From Macrostomum lignano (Eukaryota), in the NCBI GenBank assembly GCA_002269645.1, contig NIVC01000598.1, forward strand, positions 248,001-312,000: a DNA stretch of 64,000 bases, in the 5' to 3' direction. Numbering within the stretch: the first letter of the stretch is position 1; every line of letters begins with the position of its first letter. Below, piece by piece: positions 45,618-58,500 of the stretch. The translations under genes and the position numbers were made by a program. The notes under the pieces are model-generated. The model was not told the origin of the DNA, searched no databases, and was given only the letters and a program-made list of their open reading frames with translations.

Positions 45618-47052
45618 ATGCGACGCAGTCTGAACATTCACGCGACCACCAGCCAGAATGTTACCCTGGACTCCCTGATGCTGAAGGTCTTCCAGAGCAT
45701 GGCCAGGAAGAAGGACTCCGGCCTCACCTCGGACGACATCATTGTTGCCATGCGCCGCCAGAATCCCTACAAGTTCATCAGCAATGACGTGTACGACCTG
45801 ATCCATTCCGCTCTGGGCACCGAGGGAGTCGACGTCACCAGCTTCCGGGTGAGAGCTGGAAGACTTTAGGGTTGAGGAGGTCCAGATTCGAGTGTTCCAG
45901 ATATTTGCATGTGTGTACTAGTAGAACTCAAACTTTGCGGGTTTGCACTTACTCGCCGCCAGTTGTTGGCAATACGGTTACAAGTACCCGCTACAAGAAA
46001 TTTGAACGAAGTTTCCCCGCCTGACCTTATTGTATGTAGTAGCCATAGACCTGTTGGTGATGTTTGAACAAGTTTTAAGCCATGATAGAAAGGTCTCGCA
46101 AACACAACGGACCCAAGGGCACATTTATTTTGGTGCTTGTGCACGAAAATTGGCCGGAGGTTGTCGTACGATTCACACCTACGAGGGCCAAGCTCCAAGG
46201 TACACGTCTGGCAGTTACAAACTTAGGGCCGCTGTACACCCTGGGCCTTTTCATATTGCTTGTTCTGGTACCAGAACCAATTTGTGAAGTATAACTTTTT
46301 GTCTCCATAACTAGAGGGAGATACGTGCCATAAAGTTTTTATTATTGAATGACAATCGCCAAGAAGAAAGTGAAAAATTGTGCTAAGTGAGGTTGTTAAA
46401 GGCAGTCAAATATTAACAGAGTTAAATAGTTATACTGCTGTTTTTCTTGGAATTCCGAACCGATTCTGGAATTGGTAATATGAAAAGGCCCCCTGCTGTG
46501 TGAGCACTGTTTATGAGTGCGTGCTTGCGTACGACATTTTCGTATAGTCTGCGAAATGGGCAGAATTGCCTCACTAATATTTAGGGAACGGCATAAAGTG
46601 ACCACAGCTCTCGCGCAAATGCTTGTTCACTTCATTTCTATCAACCTCGCGCTCACCGCCGCCGCCCCTCAAAGAACTTCGCCGCCCGCATCATCAGCGA
46701 GAACGTTGAGAATTACCTAAACGAGTACATGGAGGCGCTGCAGGTGGGCAACGAGGGCTGCCTCACCCGCTACCGCCTGGAGATGCTCTTCTGCCAGGAG
46801 ATCGGCGCCAAGATCAGCCACACCGATGAGGCCTTCGATTCGCTCGAAGATGACTCCGTCATCACCGTGGAGACGCTCTGGCGGCTGCTAGAGGACAGGC
46901 GGCGCCTGCTTAGCTCTTTGGTGAGGCACATCTTCCGGACGGAGATTAATGCAGACTGCGGTGACGACATCCTCGACAGGTTCACCTCGACCACCGCCGA
47001 CATGCTCAGCAAGAGGAGAAGCCGCCGGTGCAGCTGCTGCAACCTGCTGTGA
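45618..47052 (+). CDS. Degenerate calmodulin-like EF-hand protein with a C-terminal CaaX-like motif; exons 45618-45848 and 46675-47052 (about 202 aa)
   Basis: The phase-0 join VTSFR|NFAARIISENVENYLNEYMEALQVGNEGCLTRYRLEMLFCQEIGAKIS follows calmodulin helix-loop-helix spacing, as does LKVFQSMARKKDSGLTSDDIIVAMRRQ. Ends RRSRRCSCCNLL. Start codon uncertain. Confidence 0.65.
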
Positions 47053-47489
47053 CTGAATTAACAATTGATTACTTGTTTAGACTGCTTGATTCGGCTATGC
47101 CATTGTTTGAAATTTAATAGAATTTGGCCGCTATTAAAAACATGCATGTCGTCTTGGTGCTCCTGTTTTGCTAATTTTTTAAATAACGGGAACAACATGG
47201 AAATGTATTGACGTCGCTTAAATTGACAAACTGTAATACTGTAAAATGAAGTGTCAACAAATGCTAGTCCAAGTCCCCATCCTAGTGGTATTAAATTTAA
47301 ACCCAAGACTTGTCCGAGCAAATGTCTATAATTAAAGTTTTATGATGCTCTCGATCGCATCGATGATACATAGAAAAGGTAAATTCTACTTCCCGTCATC
47401 CCTAACAATTCAGAATTTTTGGAATCGACACGCATAACATAAAAGTATCTTTGAATAATCTCCCACTTTTCAATTTTTGTTTTCATCTG

Positions 47490-48382
47490 TCCCGACATCA
47501 GGATTCGGGACAGGATCACACTGTCTCCCCATCTCAACCTCAGGATTCGGTACAGGATCACTGTCTCTCCATCTCAACCTCAAGATTCGGTACAGGATCA
47601 CTGTCTCCCCATCTCAATCTCAGGATTCGATACAGGATCACCGTCTCCCCATCTCAACCTCAAGATTCTGTACAGGATCACTGTCTCCCCATCTCAACCT
47701 CGGGATTCTGTACAGGATCACTGTCTCCCCATCTCAACCTCGGGATTCTGTACAGGATCACTGTCTCCCCATCTCAAACTCGGGATTCTGTACAGGATCA
47801 CCGTCTCCCCATCTCAATCTCAGGATTCGATACAGGATCACTGTCTCCCCATCTCAACCTCAAGATTCTGTACAGGATCACTGTCTCCCCATCTCAACCT
47901 CGGGATTCGGTACAGGATCACTGTCTCCCCATCTCAATCTCAGGATTCGATACAGGATCACTGTCTCCCCATTTCAACCTCAAGATTCGGTACAGGATCA
48001 CTGTCTCCCCATCTCAACCTCAAGATTCGGTACAGGATCACCGTCTCCCCATCTCAACCTCAAGATTCGGGACAGGATCACTGTCTCCCCATCTCAACCT
48101 CAAGATTCGGTACAGGATCACTGTCTCCCCATCTCAACCTCGGGATTCGGTACAGGATCACTGTCTCCCCATCTCAACCTCAAGATTCGGTACAGGATCA
48201 CTGTCTCCCCATCTCAACCTCAAGATTCTGTACAGGATCACTGTCTCCCCATCTCAACCTCAAGATTCTGTACAGGATCGCTGTCTCCCCATCTCAACCT
48301 CAAGATTCGGTACAGGATCACTGTCTCCCCATCTCAATCTCAGGATTCGGTACAGCATCACTGTCTCCCCATCTCAATCTCT
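47490..48382. repeat. Minisatellite, 40-bp unit TACAGGATCACTGTCTCCCCATCTCAACCTCAAGATTCGG
   Basis: About 22 tandem copies. Confidence 0.97.
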
Positions 48383-49538
48383 ACCAGTGCGAGTCCTCCC
48401 CTTCCTCTCACCCAGATAAAGAAGCTGACACTGGAACAACACCTCAGTGTTAATCAGCGCTGGTAATGAAGCAGTATAATGTATATTATTGCATCTGTCT
48501 GTATATTGCTGCTCAGTCCAATAGCTCACGGTCGAAGTGACCGAGCCGCGGTATAATTTTGATAAAAAACGGAGACATGATTATAACAAATCATAAAAGT
48601 TTGGTCTGTCTGCTCAATCAAATCCGAGACTGTCTGAGTTCGGCTTGAACAAGCCAGAAGTGGCCAGCCTGTGCGCATTGTATAGGTCCTCAAAAAGTGT
48701 ACAGGTGTCAATAAACTGGTGCGAACTTGCTGCTACACGTGTATAGTTTGAATAATTGAGATAGAACAATACAAAAATAGTACACAGCAATGGTAGGACT
48801 ATATAGATTGCGCACAGTAGTACATTGTGCTGACGATGAGAGTTCTTGATAATAAATAATACAGACATGACTGGGACAGGAAATATAAAATATATCTGAC
48901 TAGAAATTGGTTCAGGCAGCTTGGGAGAATGGCAGCTTATGAACAAAAATAGAAAAGCATGATGGTGATAAAAGTAGTCAGGATAGAGTATTGCTGAGTA
49001 AAGTACAAGCGGGAAGAGACTCCAATGGGTTGCCGTGCTGACAGCATTACAGAATTGCCACCCCAGGCCATCGGGCTGAATGAGGATGCGCAAGATCGCA
49101 CAGCCGCTTGAAGTTGCCGCAACAGCAGGTAGCGAAGCAGGTAATACGGTAGGTAATAAAGCCGGTAAGAATACGGAACAGGTATCGCAGGCGCAAAACG
49201 AAGGCTTGGTCTCGGCGCATTAGATCGTACTCAGACAAGCAAAATTTCTTTTTTTCAGTCTTTTTTCGTAACAAGACGCTGCACAAAAATAGGTTTACGT
49301 GGCTACTGCAAGTAATAATATAAAGGCCGTGTACTTTTCTTAACCTATTTTCTAAGAATCTTAAAATATTCCGGTGTCAAAAAGTGAGATGGCGATGAGG
49401 GCAGGCAGGCCCGCGGAGGACTTCACTGCGGCAGGGTGAAGCTGATCGGGGGTGATGAAGCAATTCCGCATAGTAATATCGTGAATACGAGTCGGTGCAG
49501 TGGGAACAGGAATGTGTCAGTCAGCCGGCTGCGCTTGT

Positions 49539-52500
49539 TCACACCGCCGCCACAGGTTTGGCGGCCAGACTGCTCTCCCGGTAGGTCAACTCCAGCAGGC
49601 TGATTTCCTGCAGGTGATTTCAGAGCGAAAAAGTAGCGAGTTGAAGCTCTGTGCCCCGGCTAGCTTTTCCCGCTATACAAGCTTTTCGCGCCACACTCCA
49701 TACTTTCTACTCATCAGTAGTTAAACTCGCATCCCTAGCATATAGGCCGCTGATTGGCTGGCAATCTCTCTCTACCCCTGCCGCCCTCTCGCCCCCGCGT
49801 TATCAGTTGAAGCTGCCGGCCTCTCTGATTGGCTGGAATCAGCAGACCCACCCTCTTTCCTTGCGCGCCCTCTTGCGGCGCGGGGAATGTTGCCATAAAA
49901 TATGCTGTTCATGTTAGTGAGATTTACGATTACAGGGGCCAAACCCCACCACACTGCGTACACTGCCTGATGATAAGAAATTTTAGGGCACGCGTACAAG
50001 CGTTCACCCTTTGAGAGCTAGAAGGCCATCGCCAGAAGAAGCGCCCAACCCATTCCTCTCTGAACGGCAACCAACCTCGTCTAGCGACTTGCCAACCCGG
50101 GCCGCCTGCTCGTCGTGCTCCTTCTTGAGATTTTCCCTGTGGTTGCCCTGCCTGTTGAGCAGCCGCTTCCGCTCTTCGATGAATCGCTTGGTGTTGTTCT
50201 CATTGACCTCGCGAACCCGACGGTCGCGCTCCGCCTTGTTGCGGATGGTCTTGTCGTTCTGCACGGCTTTGCTGGACTCCATGCTGTGCTTGGCCTGCTG
50301 CGCCTTCAAGTCTTTGTTCTCGCGCTCGTGCTGCGCCGTCATCTCCTTCTCCTGGCTGGCCTGGATCTCCAGGGCCACCCTGGTTGCGAGCTCCCGGTGC
50401 GCCTCAAGCTGAGCGCGGCGCAGCTCGTAGACCTCCTTGGAGTGCTGGCGAATCAGGGCCGTCCACTGCTCAGTGTGCTGCGCCACCACGCGGGACATCT
50501 GCGGCGTGTTGGTGGGGGGGGGGGCGTTTGGCAGCATGCCAGGCGCTGTCGAATAACTATAGCCGGAAATGAGGCGCCATCAATCAATCTAACCGGAAAT
50601 GAGGCGACATCAATCAATCTAACCGAAATTGATGCGCCTTCATTCAGTCTAACCGGAAATGAGGCGCCATTAATAAATCTAACTGGAAATGAGGCGCCTT
50701 CAACCAATCTAACCGGAAATGAGGCGCCTTCAATCTAACCGGAAATGAGGCGCCTTCAATCTAACCGGAAATGAGGCGCCTTCAATCTAACCGGAAATGA
50801 GGCACCTTCAACCAATCTAACCGGAAATGATGCGCCTTCAATCAATCTAACCGGAAATGATGCGCCTTTATTCAGTCTAACCGGAAATAAGGCGCCTTCA
50901 ATCAATCTAACCGGAGATGAGGCGCCATCAATCAATCTAACCGGAAATGATGCGCCATCAACCAATCTAACCAGAAATGATGCGCCATCAATCAATCTAA
51001 GCGGAAATGAGGCGCCATCGATCAATCTAACCGGAAATGAGGCGCCATCAATCAATCTAACCGGAAATGAGGCGCCATCAATCAATCTAACCGGAAATGA
51101 TGCACCATCAATCAATCTAACCGGAAATGAGGCGCCATCAATCAATCTAACCGGAAATGATGCGCCATCAACCAATCTAACCAGAAATGATGCGCAATCA
51201 ATCAATCTAACCGGAAATGATGCGCCATCAACCAATCTAACCAGAAATGATGCGCCATCAATCAATCTAAGCGGAAATGAGGCGCCATCGATCAATCTAA
51301 CCGGAAATGAGGCGCCATCAATCAATCTAACCGGAAATGAGGCGCCATCAATCAATCTAACCGGAAATGATGCGCCATCAATCAGTCAAACACGAGCCAA
51401 GCTCACCTCTTCACCCTGGCTGTCCCGCAGCTCTTTCGTCTGTCCATCCGAGGCGCCGTTCTCTCTGCAAGGTAAAAATTGCGAGAAAAGTGTTTCGAGA
51501 GCGGACCAGCATTGCTCTACGGGAAAATTATCCGCTTACACCTAAAAAGTCAATTTAAAAGCTTAAAGCAAAGCTTAGCTAGGAATGAGTTTATTAGTAG
51601 TGAGTAACGCGAATGAAACTCCAAAATTAAAGACAAATAAAGCAGGAAAGAATCTGGAACCCGACGAGGCGAGTTCCCGCCGTCCGAGGATGGCTAAATT
51701 TCTTGAGAAATCAGAAATCAGAATTATAAATAAAACAGTCTAATGTGACTACTTAGCAATGTGAGTAGGTAGCGCAGAGCCCGAGCAGCCTAGCAAGCCA
51801 ATCACACGTTCAAAACCGGGTTATTAAGAAGCATCCAACTACGATAGTTGGCAAATTTCAATCCGTGACAAAATCTAAGAAATGAAATCGATAAAAATTT
51901 CGGAGAGAAATATTGGCTAGGATTGGTGAGGCTCAAGCGGCTCAGTGCCAGCCAAAACCAAGACCTGTTGTCTATGGCCAATCCTGGCGGCTCCGGCTGG
52001 TCTCCAGTCGACCGCTGCTGAGGCCGGGAGGCGCAGCAGAGATAAGCGAGCCGGTCACCCCTGCCGCCGCCGCCGTCGCCGCCGCAGGCTGATACGGTTT
52101 CTGGGCTAGAAAGCACAGAAATACAACACAGATAGAAGCTACACAGTGCAACCTGATTGTCTGCCTCTCCTCTACCCTGCCCGGCAGCGCAATGTTTACA
52201 ACACAATTAGTCATATTCCATAGGCAGACAACACAGAAACAACAGCGGAGCCAGGAGGCAACTCAGCTACTCACGATCCGCCACCCTTGTTGGTTTTCTT
52301 CGCCAACGATGCCAGAGCCTTGCCCTGCTGAGCGGCCAGTCGCTCGCATTCGCTTGTGTGCGTCTTCAGCATTGCCTGCTGCTCTTTGTCCTGCCGCTTC
52401 AGCACCTGGTCCAGGTCTTTTGTCTGCGCGTAGGAAAGTGCGAGTGCCAGAAGACGTCACTTTTATTTTTAGAATCAAAACACAGTGAACTATGACGTCA

Positions 52501-55500
52501 CTTCTATTTTTAGAATCAAAACACAGTGAGCTGTGATGTCACTTCTATTTTTAGAATCAAAACACAGTGAGCTGTGATGTCACTTTTAGAATCAGAACTC
52601 GATGAAAGGTAAAACAAAAAATACTTGAAATCGATAAAAATTACTCCATAAAACTCACCTGCTTTTTCAGCAGCTTCTGAAATAGCCGATCCTGCCTGAC
52701 GAGCTCCAGCGTCACCGGCTCGAGCCGCAGCTCCTGTCTGACTTCTGCGCCACCGCCGCCACCACCACCGCCGCCTCCTCCGCCACCGCCGCCTCCGCCA
52801 CCGCCACCACCGCCACCGCCGCCGCCGCCGGCCTTCGACTGGCTGGGCTTGTCGTCAGCAGAGGCGGCAGCGGCCGCTCCGCCAGCCTTCTTGTTGTTAT
52901 TGTTGTTGTTGTTGTTGTTCCTGCCGCGGTTGGCGGTTGTTGGGACGTCGGCGATTTCCGATGTCTCTGCAAGCATTTAAATGACAAAATGAACATGGGG
53001 AAAGTAAAAGGTCAGGAACAAAAAGGCCAGTGCAACATACAGAGTAGATTGACACTGACTGTCTGACTGTCACTCTTACTGTCACTCATGCTGTCACTCT
53101 TGCTGTCACTCATGCTGTCACTCTTGCTGTCACTCTTACTGTCGCTCATGTCACTCTGGCTGTCACTCTTACTGTCGCTCATGCTGTCCTTCATTCTGTC
53201 ACTCTCACCGTCGCTCATACTGTCACTCTTGCTGTCACTCTTACTTTCGCTCATACTGTCGCTCATACTGTCACTCTGGCTGTCACTCTTACTGTCACAG
53301 TGCCAATCTTCAGAAACACTTGAAAAATGCTAAATTTAAGATGATTGAAGAAAAAATCTAAAACGGAAACTCTTAATGCTTTAACTCTTGAAACTGGCTG
53401 TGAAGCCTGGGAAATGCCACCAGCCGCGCTTACCAATGCCCATGTCCTTCATCTGCTGCTCCCGCTTCTCAGCCTTGGACAGAAACGCCCTCGGGTCGCT
53501 CAGCGCATCAACAAAATCTGCCAGGCCCTCGGGCACGTAGGTTTTCAGATCGATGCGGCAGAAGATGGTGGGCAGGGCCAGTGGGAAGTTGCCCTCCGTG
53601 CGCAGGCTGATGTGCCGGTAGCCGGCGCACAGGCCGTCAAGCGGCAGGATCCGCTGGCCGATCAGCTTGCCAGTCTCCTCAAACACCCCGATGCGGATCA
53701 CGGCCAGGTCGGGCAGCACGATCTTGCGGAACACGAACGGCTCCTCGTTGTAGACCGGGTTGAGCCCGTTGCCAGGCACGATGCGAGTTCGGAACTCGCG
53801 CCTGATTGTATCCGTGGGCAGGCCGTACATGTCCACCTCCACGTAGGTGCCCACTTTCCTGTCCGAGAGGAACTGGCCGGACAGGATCTGGATGGAGCAG
53901 CTGGCGGCGATCACGCCGTCTACGGGGCTCTCGGAGAACGGGTCGAAATGCCGGTCGCCGCGGCGCATGAAGTCCGGCTTCAGCAGATAGCTGGCGCGGA
54001 TGGCGGGTGGCGGCTCAGGCTGAGAGGTGACTGAGGTGACTGTAGCTGAGGCTATGGAAGAGGTGGTTGAGGCTATGGGAGAGGTGGCTGAGGCTATGAG
54101 AGAGGTGGCTGAGGCTATGAGAGAGGTGGCTGAGGCTATGAGAGGTGCCGGAGGCTATGAGAAAGGTAGCTGAGACTATGAGAAAGGTAGTTGAGACTAT
54201 GAGAAAGGTGGCTGAGGCTATGAGAAAGGTGGCTAAGACTATGAGAGGTGGCTGAGGCTATGAGAGGTGGCTGAGGCAATGAAAAAGGTAGCTGAGGCTA
54301 TGGAAGAGGTGGTTGAGGCTATGGGAGAGGTGGCTGAGGCTATGAGAGAGGTGGCTGAGGCTATGGAAAAGGTGGCTGAGGCTATGAGAGAGGTGGCTGA
54401 GGCTATGGAAGAGGTGACTGAGGCTATGGAAAAGGTGGCTGAGGCTATGAGAGAGGTGGCTAAGACTATGAGAGAGGTGGCCGAGGCTATGGGAGAGGTG
54501 GCTAAGACTATGAGAGAGGTGGCTGAGGCTATATGGTTTAAGCGATTGAAATTAATGTATCTGAATGTACATCAGAACTACAGGTCAGATAGCTAAGAGT
54601 AACTTCGGTTCCTCAGTAACTTGTCAAAAAAGCTACTGCGTACTGCAAGTAGGCAAGTAAGTGAATTTGGCACGTGTCAAGCAAGCTGTATTTTGAAGTG
54701 TTGAAAAAGAACTGTTAATGCGCATAGTGTCTACTGTAAGTAGGAAGCAGCGAATTAAGCAAAAATGCAAAGCTATTGAGCTGACTGTTGTAGACGGGCT
54801 CCGCTGGTTACAAATTAATTAATTTATTATTAATGAACTTTTTATACTATTATGGAAATTAAGATAAAAGTGCAACACGGATAAGTGGCCGAGTTAGTCT
54901 AGGGCAGAAACGTTAATGGAGTTGCGAGGGTTAAAATTCCTAGAAAAATCAATTATTAAAGGCTGTACCAGCGACTGGGGAGACTTTTAGTCCGCAGTGC
55001 TTCCTGGAAAATTTGGTTTGCAAGTCTTCGTGGAACAGAATCAACTGGGGACATTTTCAGAGGGAGCAGACTTTTTGGGATGAGAATCCTTGGATGGAAT
55101 CTTCAGGGACTTTCAGGACTATTAGCTTATGGGAGGAGAAACCCACCAAGATGATTCCCGAAGAATGCCAAGTAAGGCGGGCTGAAAAGCGACTCTCCCC
55201 GCGTCGCCCCGAGGCTCACCCGCAGTTCCCGTTGTACTCGAACTTGCCCTGGTTGAGCTGCATGGCCAGGTCGGGAGTCTGGAAGTTCAGCGCCACCATC
55301 TGGCAGCCGGCGTTCCAGAAGATCTGCGGCATGAAGTTGCTGGAGTCCACGCGGTTGCCGCGCGGGTAAATTCGGCTCATCTGGCGCTTGTTGTAGCTGG
55401 GTGCGCGTTGCCATGGCGACTCGGGTTAAGGAAAATTTTCGGCGTACACTCGCCGGCTTTTATTGTACGCGTGTGCCCGCTCGCACTGTACACTTACCCT

Positions 55501-58500
55501 CTCTCACGGTACACTTACCCTCTCTCACTGTACACTTACCCTCTCTCACTGTACACTTACCCTCTTTCACTGTACAATTACCCTCTCTCACGGTACAATT
55601 ACCCTCTCTCACGGTACACTTATCCTCTCTCACTGTACACTTACCCTCTCTCACGGTACACTTACCCTCTCTCACGGTACACTTACCCTCTCTCACGGTA
55701 CACTTACCCTCTCTCACTGTACACTTACCCTCTCTCACGGTACACTTACTCCCTTTTTCACTGTACACCTACCCTCTCTCTACACTTACCATCTCTCACT
55801 GTACACCTACCCTCTCTCACTGTACACTTACCCTCTCTTTGTACACTTATCTCTCTCACAGTACACTTAACCTCTCTTACGGTACACTTACCCTCTCTTA
55901 CGGTACACTTACCCTCTCTCACGGTACACTCCCCCTTTCACTGTACATTCCCTCTTTCACTACCATCACATAAATCCGCTCAAAAAGGATACTTGACAAA
56001 CTCGATGGCTTCGTTCCTCAGGTAGCCCAGCGCCATAGTCTCGGAGAAGGACGACATGTGATGGTGCACGTTGTCCTCTGCAGGCCAGTTGTGGGATGAG
56101 TCTTATAAGCCACAAGCGGGATTTTACTACTCTACTTTTATTAAATTAATCTGAGAATCTGAGAAGATCTGAGACCTTCGGCCACAGCGAAGCCCTGGAA
56201 TTTGACCGGCTGGGCGTAGTTGACCATGGCCGACAGCACCGGGTGGATGGTGGTGGTGGCGCCCGTGTACTGGTAGTGCTCCAGCATCGCCTGCTCCTCC
56301 TCCGCGCTCAGCACCTCCTGCGGGATGGTGCGGGGATCTGAGCTGAGCAAACTGTCCCCAATGCAGTCGGTCCCAATCTGGGAAAATATCCCTAATGCAG
56401 TCGGTCCCAATATGGGAAAATATTCCCAATGCAATTGGTCCCAATCTGGGAAAATATCCCCAATGCAATCGGTCCCAATATGGGAAAATATCCCCAATGC
56501 AATCGGGCCCAAACCTAACCGGCATTTAGGAAATATATCCCTAAATCCCACATGACCCGCCATACCTTCGCTTTGGCCGCTTCATCCTCCTCGGCAGATG
56601 CGGCGGCGGCAGCGCCAGCCCCCAGGGTCGCCTGAGAGGCCGCCCTGACCACCGGGGCCACCGGCGGAACCACCGGCTTTTCGCCGCTGTCGCCGCCCTC
56701 CGGATGAGGGTCCGTGTCCACAATGGGCGGGGTCGGATCCAGGTCGTTCAACGGCCCGGCCTCGCCGTCCAATATCACCTGGGGATCCTCGGCCACCTCA
56801 ACCTCGTCTGGCGGGGTCTGGCCCTTCATGAATAGCTCGAGCTGGTCTGCAGAGGGTCACAGGGTCCGCGTTTGATTAGGAGTGCTATAATCTCCCAGTC
56901 CGGACAACCAATCCCAACCAGGCCCCTCCATGCAACCTTCTTGGATTTCTTGCATCCAGGCAAATGCATTCCATCCAGACTCCTCTAACCGATCTAGGCA
57001 CCTTCATCCCATCTAGGCACATTCATCCCATCTAGGCACCTTCATCCCATCTAGGCACCTTCATCCCATCTAGGCACCTTCATCCCATCTAGGCACCTTC
57101 ATCCCATCTAGGCACCTTCATCCCATCTAGGCACCTTCATCCCATCTAGGCACCTTCATCCCATCTAGGCACCTCCAACCTATCCAGGCACCTTCATCCC
57201 ATCCAGACACCTTCATCCCATCCAGGCACATTCATCCCATCAAGACACCATCCCATCCAGGCACCTCACTCCCGTCCAGACACCTTCATCCCATCTAGGT
57301 ACCTTTATCCCATCTAGGTACCTTTATCCCATCAAGGCAACTCTATCCCATCAAGATACCTTCATCCCATCCAGGCACCTCCATCCCATCTGGACACCTT
57401 CATTCCATCAAGGCACCTCCAACCCATCCAGGCACCTTCATCCCATCCAGGCACCTTCATCCCATCCAGGCACCTTCATCCCATCCAGGCACCTCCATCC
57501 CATCTGGACACCTTTATCCCATCAAGGCAACTCTATCCCATCAAGATACCTTCATCCCATCCAGGCACCTCCATCCCATATGGACACCTTCATTCCATCA
57601 AGGCACCTCCAACCCATCCAGGCACCTTCATCCCATCCAGGCACCTCCATCCCATCTGAACACCTTTATCCCATCAAGGCACCTCCATCCCATCAAGATA
57701 CCTTCATCCCATCCAGGCCCCTCCATCCCATCAAAGCACCTTCATCCCATCAAAGCACCTTCATCCCACCCAGGCACCTCCATCCCATCTGGACACCTTC
57801 ATTCCATCAAGGTACCTCCAACCCATCCAGGCACCTTCATCCCATCAAAGCACCTTCATCCCATCCAGGCACCTCCATCCCATTATGGCACCTTCATCCC
57901 ATTCGACCAGTCCACCCAGTCGCCCCGAGTTCGGAGACCCAATCAGCCCAACTCTACAACTCGTACTCTTCAGGCACTCCGAGGCACGCCCGTCTGACAA
58001 TGAGAAATCCAAGGCAGGTGTACTCTAGTGAGGCAGCATTCGTGTGCGCGTGCGCTCAGGGATCAGCGGGTGGGGTGGCTGGCCTGGCCTAATTGCCTCT
58101 TCGCTGGTCGCGGGTCGACCGTCGCTAGAGGTCACAGCCGCTGCAAACCAAAAAGCAAGCAAATCACCAAGGCGAGGCTGGGTATGGGCCGTTATTCTAA
58201 AATCTGCCAATATACCATTTTCCCCAAAGCAGGATCATTGTGCATCAGTCCGACTCTGCGCTACTCACGCTTCTCAACCTCCGGCTTGAGCCGCTTGTTC
58301 TTGATGAGGATTTTATACTTGAGCTTCTCGGGCGGCGGCAGGGGAACTCCGGGCTCAAGCTGGCAAAGAGGATGAAGGGGTGAAGGGATTTGAGATAAAT
58401 CTCTGACAGGCTGACATAAAACTGGCAAAAGAGGAAGGCCAGCAAATTGCAACGGCTTACTGGGTACTTGTCAATCGGCTTATTGAGCAGGTAGTCGCCG

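Noticed and set aside
47451-48466. 322 aa and 329 aa ORFs with 40-aa periodicity
   Set aside because: Products of a 40-bp tandem repeat; only the last 51 nt may be a real exon.
48614-49286. Short minus-strand ORFs downstream of the PLC stop
   Set aside because: No domain similarity or convincing splice pattern; probably 3' UTR or intergenic.
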